A stretch of 64,000 bases of DNA from an uncultured Arcobacter sp. (GTDB lineage Bacteria; Campylobacterota; Campylobacteria; Campylobacterales; Arcobacteraceae): contig OZ223300.1 of the NCBI GenBank assembly GCA_965140705.1, positions 1,696,001 through 1,760,000 on the forward strand, read 5' to 3'. Of the stretch, positions 38,721 to 49,008 are shown one piece after another. A program made the translations under genes and the position numbers. How positions within the stretch are numbered: the stretch's first letter is position 1; each line of letters starts with the position of its first letter. Below the pieces are notes generated by a model. It was not told the DNA's origin, ran no database searches, and saw only the letters and a program-made list of their open reading frames with translations.

Positions 38721-40871
38721 ATGATAAAAAACCCAGATAATTATAATAAAAAAGACTCTTTATTAGAGTCTTTGGTGCTTTATACAAAGTTATATTATAA
38801 ACCTTATACTAGTGAAGCTATTATGTCTGGATTGCCTTCTTTGCACTTAAGTAGTGATAAAACTCTTTTGGGGAAACATAGTTCTAGATCACTTTTTTCT
38901 AGAGCTGCTTCAAGGGCTGGACTTAAAACAACATTGGTGCAACGCCCTATTTTGGAAATATCAAAATTACAACTTCCTATGATTATATTTTTGAGTAATG
39001 AATATAGTTGTATTTTAGAAGATTTTTCAAAAGATAAAAATGAAGCTAAAATAATTCATGCAAATGAGAATGAGCCAGTTGAAGAATGGGTAGATATAGA
39101 AAAACTTGAAAATGAATATTTAGGCTTTGCATTTATGTTAAAAAAGCCCTATTCCCATGGAAGTGTAGACAAAAAACTATCTACACACAAAAAACATTGG
39201 TTTTGGGATACTTTGAAATTATCAAAATCAATATACAAAGATGTTTTATTAGCATCTTTACTTATTAATTTATTTGTTTTAGCTACTCCTCTTTTTACGA
39301 TGAATGTATATGATAGAGTTATTCCAAATAGTGCTATAGAAACATTATGGATGTTCACTTTTGGTGTAGTTACAGTTTATATATTAGACCTCTTTTTAAA
39401 ATTTACAAGAAGTTATTTACTTGAACTTGCTGCAAAAAAAAGTGATATTATCATGTCTTCAATAATATTTGAAAAAGTTCTAGATTTAAACTTATCTTCA
39501 TATCCAAAATCTGTTGGTTCTTTTGCAAATAATATAAAAGATTTTGATTCTATTCGTTCTTTTTTAACAAATGCAACATTAACTATTATTATAGATTTCC
39601 CTTTTGCTTTAATATTTTTAGTATTAATTGCTTATATTGGAGGAACTATTGTATTTATTCCTATATTTATTTCAATAATAATTTTATCATATGCTTTTTT
39701 AATTAAAAAACCTTTACAAAGAAGTATAGAAAGCACTCATGAAGCTTCTGCAAGAAAAAATGGAATACTAATAGAAAGTTTACAAAATATTGAGACAATA
39801 AAAGCCTTTGGTCTATCTGGAAAAATGCAATGGATGTATGAAGAAGCTACGGGAGAAATAGCAAAAAAAAGTATTAATTCAAGACTTATATCAAGTTCAA
39901 TTCCTAATGTAACAGCATTTTTAGTTCAACTAAATACAATCATATGTGTTGTATATGGAGTCTATTTAATCTCAGCTTTTCATTTGACAATGGGAGGATT
40001 GATTGCTGTTATTATTTTATCATCAAGAACAGTATCTCCATTGGGACAAGCAGCTGGATTAATTACAGGTTATGAAGATGCCAAAGCTTCATATACACTA
40101 ATAAACTCAATTATCTCAAGACCTATTGAGAGACCAGAAGGAAAAGAGTTCATAAAACGAGAAGTTTTATTTGAAAATATAGAGTTTAGAAATGTGAGTT
40201 TTTCTTATCCTGATACAAATATAGAAGTCTTAAAAGATGTTAGTTTTTCTATCAAAAAAGGTGAAAAGGTTGCAATTTTAGGAATGATAGGTTCAGGGAA
40301 AAGTACTTTAAGCAAACTACTTTTAAAACTGCATGAACCAACTAGTGGTTCTATTTTAATAGATGGAATAGATATTAAACAAATAGATCCTGCAAACTTA
40401 AGAAAAAGTATTAGTTATGTACCCCAAGAAGTTAATTTATTTCAAGGAACAATAAAAGAAAATATTTTAAATAACTATAAATACTACACAGATGAAGAAA
40501 TATTAGATATAGCAAAAATATCAGGTGTAGATGATTTTGTAAAAATTCATCCTTTGGGATATGAAATGCAAATCAATGAAAGAAGCATAGGCTTATCAGG
40601 TGGTCAAAAACAAACAGTAGGAATAGCAAGAGCTCTTTTAAATGATACAAATACTTTATTATTTGACGAACCAATGAACGCAATGGATCAAACAACTGAG
40701 AGAACTATTATAAATAGACTAAAAAGTACCATAGAAGAAAAAACTCTTCTGTTAATCACTCAAAAGCTGACTACTCTTGATTTATGTGAAAGAGTCATAG
40801 TATTGCATAATGGTAAAAAAATAATGGATGATTCTAAGCCTGAAGTTCTAAAACAGTTAGGTAGCAAATGA
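38721..40871 (+). CDS. T1SS permease/ATPase (LapB/HlyB-like)
   Basis: N-terminal C39-like region; HWFW, PLFTMNVYDRVIP, GMIGSGKST, LSGGQKQ, FDEP. Confidence 0.94.
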   Translation: MIKNPDNYNKKDSLLESLVLYTKLYYKPYTSEAIMSGLPSLHLSSDKTLLGKHSSRSLFSRAASRAGLKTTLVQRPILEISKLQLPMIIFLSNEYSCILEDFSKDKNEAKIIHANENEPVEEWVDIEKLENEYLGFAFMLKKPYSHGSVDKKLSTHKKHWFWDTLKLSKSIYKDVLLASLLINLFVLATPLFTMNVYDRVIPNSAIETLWMFTFGVVTVYILDLFLKFTRSYLLELAAKKSDIIMSSIIFEKVLDLNLSSYPKSVGSFANNIKDFDSIRSFLTNATLTIIIDFPFALIFLVLIAYIGGTIVFIPIFISIIILSYAFLIKKPLQRSIESTHEASARKNGILIESLQNIETIKAFGLSGKMQWMYEEATGEIAKKSINSRLISSSIPNVTAFLVQLNTIICVVYGVYLISAFHLTMGGLIAVIILSSRTVSPLGQAAGLITGYEDAKASYTLINSIISRPIERPEGKEFIKREVLFENIEFRNVSFSYPDTNIEVLKDVSFSIKKGEKVAILGMIGSGKSTLSKLLLKLHEPTSGSILIDGIDIKQIDPANLRKSISYVPQEVNLFQGTIKENILNNYKYYTDEEILDIAKISGVDDFVKIHPLGYEMQINERSIGLSGGQKQTVGIARALLNDTNTLLFDEPMNAMDQTTERTIINRLKSTIEEKTLLLITQKLTTLDLCERVIVLHNGKKIMDDSKPEVLKQLGSK

Positions 40872-42301
40872 AAAAGTTCTTTATAAAAATAAAAAGTTTA
40901 TTTCAAAACTTAGAATTTATACATGAAAAAATAGAAACTATTCTTAATAAATTTAAGCGTAAAAAGAATCTACCAGTAAAGGAAAACTTTAAACAAGAAG
41001 ATTATGAATTTATGGAGAGCTTAAGTGGTGCTATTTTAGAAAAGCATCCAAAAAAACTTCATTTTATACTTCAATTTTGGGCAATTACTATTTTTATATT
41101 TATTATTTGGGCTTCTTTATGCGAAATTGATGAAGTATCAAGAGGAATTGGAGATGTAATACCTAGTAATGAAAATCAGATAGTACAAAATTTAGAAGGT
41201 GGTATTATAGAAAGTATCAATGTAAATGAAGGAGATCATGTAAAAAAAGGTACCGTTTTATTAAAAATAAACAATGAAAAATCAGTTTCAACTTTTGAGT
41301 CGAATGAAGTAAAAGCCATGTCTTTAAAAGCAAAAATTTTAAGATTGACAGCAGAAGCAGAAGCAAAAGATTTTGATATTTCAAAAAATACAAATGAAGA
41401 AATGGCTCCATACATAAAAAATGAATTAAGCCTTTATCAAACAAATAAAAATCAATTAAACTCTGATTTGAGCATATTAGAAGAACAATTAATTCAAAGA
41501 AAAAATTCACTTGCAGATGCGAAATCAAAAAAGCTTTATCTTTCAAAATCATTAGTAATGATAAGAAAAGAGATAAGTATGACAGAACCAATGGTTGAAA
41601 GAGGTATTGCATCAGAAGTTGATTTATTAAGATTGAAAAAAGAAGAAAATCAAGGAATTGATGAGTTAAAAAGTGCAGAATTTTTAATTATTCGTTTCAA
41701 TTCAGAAATTAATGAAATAATGCACAAAATTGATTCTACAAAACTTTCATTTCAATCAAAAGCAAAAACAGCATTAACAGAAACTATTTCAGAATACAAA
41801 AGAACTATATCTAACTCAAAAGCATTAGAAGACCAAGTCACAAGAACTTTAGTAAGAGCCCCAAGAGATGGTATTATTCAAAAAGTTTTTATAAATACTG
41901 TTGGCGGAGTTGTAAAACCAGGTGACAATCTTATAGAAATCGTTCCTACAAATGAAAAACTCCTTGTGAATGCAAAAATAAAACCAGCTGATATTGCATT
42001 TATTTATCCTTCTCAAAAAGCAATAGTAAAATTTTCTGCCTATGATTTTTCTATCTATGGTGGTATTGAGGCAAAAGTTGTAAGTATAAGTCCAGACACA
42101 ATAAAAGACAAGGATGGTAAGACTTACTATATTGTAAGAATAGAAACACACAATAATAAATTAAATCAAAAATCAAAAAAAATGAAAATAATTCCAGGAA
42201 TGACTGCACAAGTTGACATTCTAACAGGTAAAAAAAGTATTCTAAGTTATATTTTAAAACCAATTCTTAAAACAAAGCAATACGCTTTTGGAGATAGATA
42301 A
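40868..42301 (+). CDS. HlyD-family T1SS membrane fusion protein
   Basis: QIVQNLEGGII, VRAPRDG, TVGGVVKPG, AYDFSIYG, IIPGM, ILTGKKSILSYILKP. Confidence 0.95.
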   Translation: MKKFFIKIKSLFQNLEFIHEKIETILNKFKRKKNLPVKENFKQEDYEFMESLSGAILEKHPKKLHFILQFWAITIFIFIIWASLCEIDEVSRGIGDVIPSNENQIVQNLEGGIIESINVNEGDHVKKGTVLLKINNEKSVSTFESNEVKAMSLKAKILRLTAEAEAKDFDISKNTNEEMAPYIKNELSLYQTNKNQLNSDLSILEEQLIQRKNSLADAKSKKLYLSKSLVMIRKEISMTEPMVERGIASEVDLLRLKKEENQGIDELKSAEFLIIRFNSEINEIMHKIDSTKLSFQSKAKTALTETISEYKRTISNSKALEDQVTRTLVRAPRDGIIQKVFINTVGGVVKPGDNLIEIVPTNEKLLVNAKIKPADIAFIYPSQKAIVKFSAYDFSIYGGIEAKVVSISPDTIKDKDGKTYYIVRIETHNNKLNQKSKKMKIIPGMTAQVDILTGKKSILSYILKPILKTKQYAFGDR

Positions 42302-42777
42302 TGACGAATATAATTATATTTAGCAAAAATCAAAAACAGATTCATAATTGGAGAAAAAAGCTTCCTGATTATAATATTGACATTTTGTTACCTATAACAG
42401 AATCTTTCACTTATGAAGATGTAATTGCAATTATAGACAAAACTTCATATGTGGAAAATATTGATAAGACAATTAGTCAACTTAAGAATCAAAAAATAAA
42501 AATACTTTTACTTGAAGAAAACCCTACTTTTCTAAAAGCAAAAGAGCATATCAAATCTGGTATTTGTGGATATGGAAATTTGGAATTAAGTTCAGAGCAA
42601 TTAAATGATGCAATAAAAATCATTAAAGATGACTTGATTTGGTTAGATTCTCAATTCAAAACAGAACTAATGAAAGATATCGATCAAAAATGTATACTTA
42701 ACCATAATAGAGTAGATAGTAACTATAAAAATGCAATTATTTTATCTGATGAAATAATAAGCATAATGAAAATTTAA
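42301..42777 (+). CDS. Degenerate receiver-like protein in the T1SS operon
   Basis: Alpha/beta pattern (IIIFS, IAIID, ILLLE, GICGYGN, AIKII...IW); no HTH visible. Confidence 0.55.
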   Translation: MTNIIIFSKNQKQIHNWRKKLPDYNIDILLPITESFTYEDVIAIIDKTSYVENIDKTISQLKNQKIKILLLEENPTFLKAKEHIKSGICGYGNLELSSEQLNDAIKIIKDDLIWLDSQFKTELMKDIDQKCILNHNRVDSNYKNAIILSDEIISIMKI

Positions 42778-42792
42778 AATAAGGATAAAAAG

Positions 42793-45700
42793 ATGACAAA
42801 GCTTCTTGCAACCGTAGAAAATACAACTGGTGTTTTTTATGTTAAAAACCAAAATGGAGAGATTCATAAAATAGTAATAGGTGAAAAGATATATGAAGGG
42901 GATACAATTATACCCTCACCTACAAATAATGCAAATGATGTAATTTTATTGGATGATAATAATACACACAAACAATTTTCAATTCCTTCTTATGAAGAGA
43001 TATCCTTAACTAAAGAGTTTGTAAATAATATCTTTAATAATCCTGATTTAAACTTTAATTCAGAAGATATTAATAATGCAGTTAAATTAGCCCAAAATGA
43101 TTACAATAAAAGTGATAATGCACAATTTGTCCAACTTGATAACTCACAAACGGATGTCAATAGTGATTTGAGACAAGCAGAATTTTTAAGAAATAAATAT
43201 GAAAAAAATATTCCAAAAGAACAGGTACAAGAAGAGAGTCAATTTGAACAATTAAATACCACTCAAACTGATGTTAACAGTGATTTAAGACAAGATTCTT
43301 GGTCTATGCTTGCAGATTACACAAAAATAAAAGAGTCAGATGAAACATCATTTAGAAATATTGATATTGATAATAAATTTACGCTAAGAGATGGAGATAG
43401 CGTAAATATAGTTAGTGACTTACGAAAAGCTCAATGGGTAGATGGCGTAGAAGAACCCAAATATGAAGGTGAATATGATAATGAGACAGATATTCCTTCT
43501 AAGACGACTCCTGAAATAACAAATGGTATTCCAACAGCAGTAGATGATACAAGAGTTACTATAAAAGAGGGAGGAGCCAGTATAAATGGACAAGTTCTTT
43601 CAAATGATATTCCAGGAAGTGATGGTTTAATAAAAGGGAAAGAACTCAAAGAGTTTACTTATAATTCAATAACTCATACTTTTGATACTACACATCAAAG
43701 TTATGTAGTTAATACTAAAATAGGACAATTAACAATAAATATAGATGGAACTTGGACTCTTGATCCAAGTGGTATCACAATCACAGAACATACACCTGAT
43801 AGTTTCACCTATAAAATAGTAGATAGTAATGGTGATGTATCAAATAGTGCCACACAACCTTTTTTGATGTTTGATAAAGATTTTGATCCAAATATTACAA
43901 CAACAACAAAAGAAGATACAACAAAAACAATTATTCTCAATGATACAAGTGGAGATATTAAAATAAAAGATACAACATCTGGTAATGAGAAAATTCTTTC
44001 TTCTGGTGAATCAATAGATATAACAAGAAGTGGAGATAATGAAGTAGTTGGGAAAGTTACAAATAATGGTGATGGTTCAATTTCTTTTATTCCTTCTGCA
44101 CATTATAGTGGAAATGATGCTAAATTTTCTTATGAAGTGACAAGAAGTGATAATACTACAATAGTAAATGATAATGTAACAATAACAGTATCTCCTCAAG
44201 CTGAAACAAAAACAACAGACACAGATAACAATACATTAAATGATGTTTTAACTCAAGGAGATAAAACATACTCACCAATTAGTGAAAGTGCTACATATAA
44301 TTATATATCACTTGGTGGACTACATGTAAGCAATGAAGATGATAGGGAAAATAGTTCAAATCCTTTTGCATCTGAACTTACAACTGTAAAATTAAGTGGT
44401 GTGCCAATTGGATTTAAATTCTTATATAACGATGGAACTAGTAATCATGAACTTACTGTTTCAGATGTAAATGATGGAGTTACTATTCCTTTTGAATATA
44501 TTTCAACACTTCAAATAAAACCAACAAACTATTATGCAGGTGAAATTAAAATAGAGATGAGAGTTATCACTGTAGATACTGAAACTGGGAAAGAGAGTAC
44601 AAACATATCTGAACCTGATTATTTAACTCTAAAGGTAAATAATGTAGCAGACCCAGTTACAATTAATGCAGCTCAAGCAAGTGGAAATGAAGATGCAGGA
44701 AGAGCTAATGGTAATACTTCAAATGATGTAAATGCAAGTGAAATAACAAATCCAGAAAATGGAATAAAACTTGATATTACTCCAACTTCTGATGATACAA
44801 GTGGGAGAGAAGAATTTACAATTATTATTTCAAAAATACCTGATGGTGGTGCAATATATTATAAAGATGCAAATGGAACTATAATCGTAGATGAAAATGG
44901 TGTAGTAAGTGGTTCAAATTCTAATGTTACGGTGACAAATGCAGGAACAACCAGCCAAGGAACATCAGGTTGGCAAGTTACTATTGCAGACTTTGACAAT
45001 AATGCACCTTTAACATTCATACCTCCACACAATGATAATAAAGATTATACCCTTGAGGTAAATGGATTTACAAAAGATGGTACAGATGTCTCTTCTATGC
45101 CAGATATTCCAAAAAATATAGATGTAAGTGTTAAAGGTGTCGCGGATATTCCAGTACATGATACTTTTATAAAAGTTGATTCAAATGATCAAGTAAATAG
45201 TGATAGTACAAAAAATATTTATAGTTCAGTTGTAAGTGAAGATACAAATAATACTACAAATGGAACAACTATCTCTTTTAAAGATTTATACAAAGAATCA
45301 GGTCTAAATTCTTATGATAATGATAGTTCAGAAACATTAAGCATTGTTATTACAGGACTTGATGCAAAATTTGATATAAAAGATGTTCCTGGTATTTCAT
45401 TTAATGGTGCTGCTGGAACAGCTAGAGAATGGACTTTTGACCTTGATAAATTGGCAGATGTTTTAATTACTACATCAAAAAATTATAGTGGAGATGTATC
45501 ATTTACAGTTAAACATATTACAACAGAAGATGATGGTAATAGTAAAACATTTACTAATGATGTTGAAGTTCTTATAAAACCAGTTGTTGAAGGAACAATA
45601 TATTCTAGTACAAGTGTTACAGAAGATACAGCTACAAAAGTTAATTTTTCAATAGTAAGTGAAGATAATAATGAAACACTTGATACTGTTTGGATAAAAA

Positions 45701-48444
45701 AAGCAGATATAACAGGAAAAGAATTTACTCTTTATTCTGATAATGGTACAACTCCTCTTAGTGCCAATGGAACTACAATTATTGATGATGGTGAATATTA
45801 TAAATTAATTGGTACAGCTATAAATAGTGTTTATATTAAATATGGTGCAGATATGGGAAGTGCAGATGTAAGTGATGAATCTTTTGGTATAAAATATACT
45901 GTAAGTGATAGTGTAACCGTACATGGAGAGACTTTTACAGATACTAATACAGATGTTACAGGGGTATATAATATTAATCTAACTTCTGTAACTGATACCA
46001 TTTCTGTAGATACAAGTAATGCTGTTGCAACAACTGCAAATATAACTTATGATTCAAGTGCAAAAACTGTTACATTAAATGATACGGGAAGTTTTACTTT
46101 AGATGTAAATGTTACAGGAAATAATGATAAAGATGGTTCTGAAAACTTTACAAGACTTGTAATTGAAGGAGTACAAAGAGGTATAACTGTAGATGGTGCT
46201 ACTATGGGAATAAGTGGCAATAAAAATATTTGGTTTTTAGATATACCAGATACTGCTATTGATGCAAATGGAGGTACTTATAAAGTAACATTTAATGTAA
46301 ATAATAGAATAAATCCAGATTTAGATTCAAATATTAAAATCACTGCTTATTCCCATGATACAGGTGCTGCAACAAATGATATACAATTAGCATCAACCAC
46401 TATAAAATTTATAGATAATATGATAGATGGTGCTGGTGCCCCTACTCCTGATATTGATGCTAAAATGACTGTTAACAATGCTTTAATAACAGAAGATACT
46501 TCATTTAAACTATCTTCAATATTAAATGTAACTGCAGATACTGTAAATGACCCAAATGCAACAGCTACTTATTCAATTGCTTTTAAAGACTTAAAAAATG
46601 TTTCATTTGATACTGATTCATCAACTTATACAATAAATACATATAATGACAATGGAACAGAAATATATGTTATAACAGTAACTGGAACTCAAAGTAATAT
46701 TGATAATATGCTTGATAACGTATATTTTAAACCAACAGAAAACTATAATATTAATAATGCAAACACTCCACTTACTTTTAATGCTGTTTTAACAGCCTAT
46801 CAAGCAAATGGTTATGGAAGAGATACAGCTACCATTGATTTTTCAAGTGCAGATAATGCTAACTCCGTTAAGCCTGTAACGGATGATATTAGCTCAAATG
46901 TTGCTTTTACATATGTTGATGAAAATAATAACACAGCTTCAAGTGCTCAAGAAGATGGAGAAACTACAATAAAAATAACTTTTGATACAGTTGATTCTCC
47001 ACATTATAAGATGGTACAAGGTGCATCTGATTCAAATACTTTAACAACTATTGAGATAAAACATACAAGTGGAATATATGGAACCCTTTCATGGAATGGT
47101 GGAAGTTATACTTTTGATAGTACACATTCAAGTGCAATTGTGCCTATTGATCAATTAAATAGCAGCGATTTAAAATTTACACCTATGGCAAATAAAGCAG
47201 GTAATGCAAGTTTTAGCTATACAGTTTATGCACTTGAAGATGGAGCTGATAATATTAATAGTACAACAAAAAGTTTCAATATAAATGTTTCAGCCGTAGC
47301 AGATGGTCTTAATTTACCTGATTTATCAGGAAAAGGAGATGAAGATAGTTTTATTGAAATATATGCAGATAAAGCAAATTCAACTTCACTTAAAGGTGCA
47401 ACTTTAATAGATACTGATGGTTCAGAAAGTATCACATCTATGTTTATAAAAAGTGTACCAGAAAACTTTTTAATTTATATTGGAGATTCTCATCAAACCT
47501 TAGCTACTAAAGGAAGTATTGATGGTAGTGGAAATTATAGTTGGACAATAAATATAAGTGGAGGAATACCAAAAATTTGGATAAAAGCTCCTGAAAATTG
47601 GAGTAGTACGACACCTGTAGATTTAACTCTTGAAACTGTTGTAAAAGATGGTAGTTCTACAACTATAGTTTCAAAAGACTTTCATGTCACTGTTGATAGT
47701 GTTGTCGATGGTTTTTCATCTGTAACACCTAATGATGCAATACAAACAGGAAGTACAGATACAACAATAAATCTAAATGCAAATGCCATAGATTTGGATG
47801 GTTCTGAAACTGGTATTTTAACATTAAAAGGACTTGGTACTGGTGCAACTTTTAAACAAGATGGATCATTGATAAGTGCCGTTTATGATAATGGAACGGA
47901 TATATATACTATAAAAGATATAGATTTAAGTACAGACAAATTAAATAAACTTACTTTTCAACAAGAAGGATTACATAATAAACAAATTGATTATACTTTT
48001 AAAACAATTGAGGGTGATGATAATGAAGTATCACCAATAAAAAGCGGAAGCTTCAATGCTACAACTGATAATGTTATTACAGATATCAACACAAGTGGTG
48101 TAGATGGTCAAGCGGATAGACTTGAACTAAATAGTGGAGGAATAGACTTTTCAACAATTGCTTCAACAAGTATAGAAAAAATCGATTTAACTCAAAATGG
48201 AGATCATGATATTTCTAATGTAACTTTAGCAGATGTAGTAAAAATGACAGAAGGTTCAAACAATCTTATCTTTGTAGCAGATGATGCTAACGATAAAGTT
48301 GAATTAAAAAATGAGGGTGGAAATACTTGGACACAAGGTGCAGATACTACTTATGGAGGAGAAACATACAAAACTTATTCTAACAGTGGTGATCCAACGG
48401 TAAAAGTACAAATTAGTGATGATGCAAGCGTGGCAATTGCATAA
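42793..48444 (+). CDS. Large T1SS-secreted repetitive adhesin (LapA/BapA-like)
   Basis: No Sec signal; retention-module-like N-terminus; D/T/N/S-rich beta-sandwich repeats with PTAVDD, DSFTY, DxDGSE, F-P--NY-G; C-terminal IEKIDL...TLADV segment; follows the T1SS genes. Confidence 0.9.
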   Translation: MTKLLATVENTTGVFYVKNQNGEIHKIVIGEKIYEGDTIIPSPTNNANDVILLDDNNTHKQFSIPSYEEISLTKEFVNNIFNNPDLNFNSEDINNAVKLAQNDYNKSDNAQFVQLDNSQTDVNSDLRQAEFLRNKYEKNIPKEQVQEESQFEQLNTTQTDVNSDLRQDSWSMLADYTKIKESDETSFRNIDIDNKFTLRDGDSVNIVSDLRKAQWVDGVEEPKYEGEYDNETDIPSKTTPEITNGIPTAVDDTRVTIKEGGASINGQVLSNDIPGSDGLIKGKELKEFTYNSITHTFDTTHQSYVVNTKIGQLTINIDGTWTLDPSGITITEHTPDSFTYKIVDSNGDVSNSATQPFLMFDKDFDPNITTTTKEDTTKTIILNDTSGDIKIKDTTSGNEKILSSGESIDITRSGDNEVVGKVTNNGDGSISFIPSAHYSGNDAKFSYEVTRSDNTTIVNDNVTITVSPQAETKTTDTDNNTLNDVLTQGDKTYSPISESATYNYISLGGLHVSNEDDRENSSNPFASELTTVKLSGVPIGFKFLYNDGTSNHELTVSDVNDGVTIPFEYISTLQIKPTNYYAGEIKIEMRVITVDTETGKESTNISEPDYLTLKVNNVADPVTINAAQASGNEDAGRANGNTSNDVNASEITNPENGIKLDITPTSDDTSGREEFTIIISKIPDGGAIYYKDANGTIIVDENGVVSGSNSNVTVTNAGTTSQGTSGWQVTIADFDNNAPLTFIPPHNDNKDYTLEVNGFTKDGTDVSSMPDIPKNIDVSVKGVADIPVHDTFIKVDSNDQVNSDSTKNIYSSVVSEDTNNTTNGTTISFKDLYKESGLNSYDNDSSETLSIVITGLDAKFDIKDVPGISFNGAAGTAREWTFDLDKLADVLITTSKNYSGDVSFTVKHITTEDDGNSKTFTNDVEVLIKPVVEGTIYSSTSVTEDTATKVNFSIVSEDNNETLDTVWIKKADITGKEFTLYSDNGTTPLSANGTTIIDDGEYYKLIGTAINSVYIKYGADMGSADVSDESFGIKYTVSDSVTVHGETFTDTNTDVTGVYNINLTSVTDTISVDTSNAVATTANITYDSSAKTVTLNDTGSFTLDVNVTGNNDKDGSENFTRLVIEGVQRGITVDGATMGISGNKNIWFLDIPDTAIDANGGTYKVTFNVNNRINPDLDSNIKITAYSHDTGAATNDIQLASTTIKFIDNMIDGAGAPTPDIDAKMTVNNALITEDTSFKLSSILNVTADTVNDPNATATYSIAFKDLKNVSFDTDSSTYTINTYNDNGTEIYVITVTGTQSNIDNMLDNVYFKPTENYNINNANTPLTFNAVLTAYQANGYGRDTATIDFSSADNANSVKPVTDDISSNVAFTYVDENNNTASSAQEDGETTIKITFDTVDSPHYKMVQGASDSNTLTTIEIKHTSGIYGTLSWNGGSYTFDSTHSSAIVPIDQLNSSDLKFTPMANKAGNASFSYTVYALEDGADNINSTTKSFNINVSAVADGLNLPDLSGKGDEDSFIEIYADKANSTSLKGATLIDTDGSESITSMFIKSVPENFLIYIGDSHQTLATKGSIDGSGNYSWTINISGGIPKIWIKAPENWSSTTPVDLTLETVVKDGSSTTIVSKDFHVTVDSVVDGFSSVTPNDAIQTGSTDTTINLNANAIDLDGSETGILTLKGLGTGATFKQDGSLISAVYDNGTDIYTIKDIDLSTDKLNKLTFQQEGLHNKQIDYTFKTIEGDDNEVSPIKSGSFNATTDNVITDINTSGVDGQADRLELNSGGIDFSTIASTSIEKIDLTQNGDHDISNVTLADVVKMTEGSNNLIFVADDANDKVELKNEGGNTWTQGADTTYGGETYKTYSNSGDPTVKVQISDDASVAIA

Positions 48445-48459
48445 TCATTTTAGATAACT

Positions 48460-48999
48460 CTACTCTAACTCTATCAATGCTTCTATTAAAGAAGCATTGA
48501 TAATCGAACAAATAAATTTCACAGTACCACTCCAACCAATATACTCAACCAAATCATCCACTTTTTCATATTTTTCTTCAACACTTGGGTCAGAATTTAT
48601 TAATTTAAGTATCAAATTAAAAATATCATTATCATTTATTTTACAAAGTTCTAAAATATTTGTTTGAACTTCTAAATTCCCATATGAATTATTCGCTTCT
48701 TCTTTTGTAAAGCTTTCAACCAGATTTCCAAAAATTTGTAAAGTTCTTCTTAAAGCACTTTTTATTAATTCCATTTTATAACATAAATCAACTTTTGAGG
48801 AATAAGACATTTGAGGTAGTTCAGCTTTTTTTGATACTTGGGCTAATTTAACTTTGAGCAATTTATCCAAAGTATCTTCTAAGATAGCCACAGAAATAAT
48901 CATAACCTCTCTATCGTTCTTATTTGCTATTTTATTTGTATATATTTTCATATTTTGTGCAAATCTTCTATTTGCATCTAAACTTTTATCAAATATCAT
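48460..48999 (-). CDS. Hypothetical protein, MtlR/HEPN-like helical fold
   Basis: NDREVMIISVAILEDTLDKLL...SYSSKVDLCYKMELI pattern; the fold is inference. Confidence 0.55.
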   Translation of the reverse strand: MIFDKSLDANRRFAQNMKIYTNKIANKNDREVMIISVAILEDTLDKLLKVKLAQVSKKAELPQMSYSSKVDLCYKMELIKSALRRTLQIFGNLVESFTKEEANNSYGNLEVQTNILELCKINDNDIFNLILKLINSDPSVEEKYEKVDDLVEYIGWSGTVKFICSIINASLIEALIELE

Positions 49000-49008
49000 A
49001 TTAATTCA

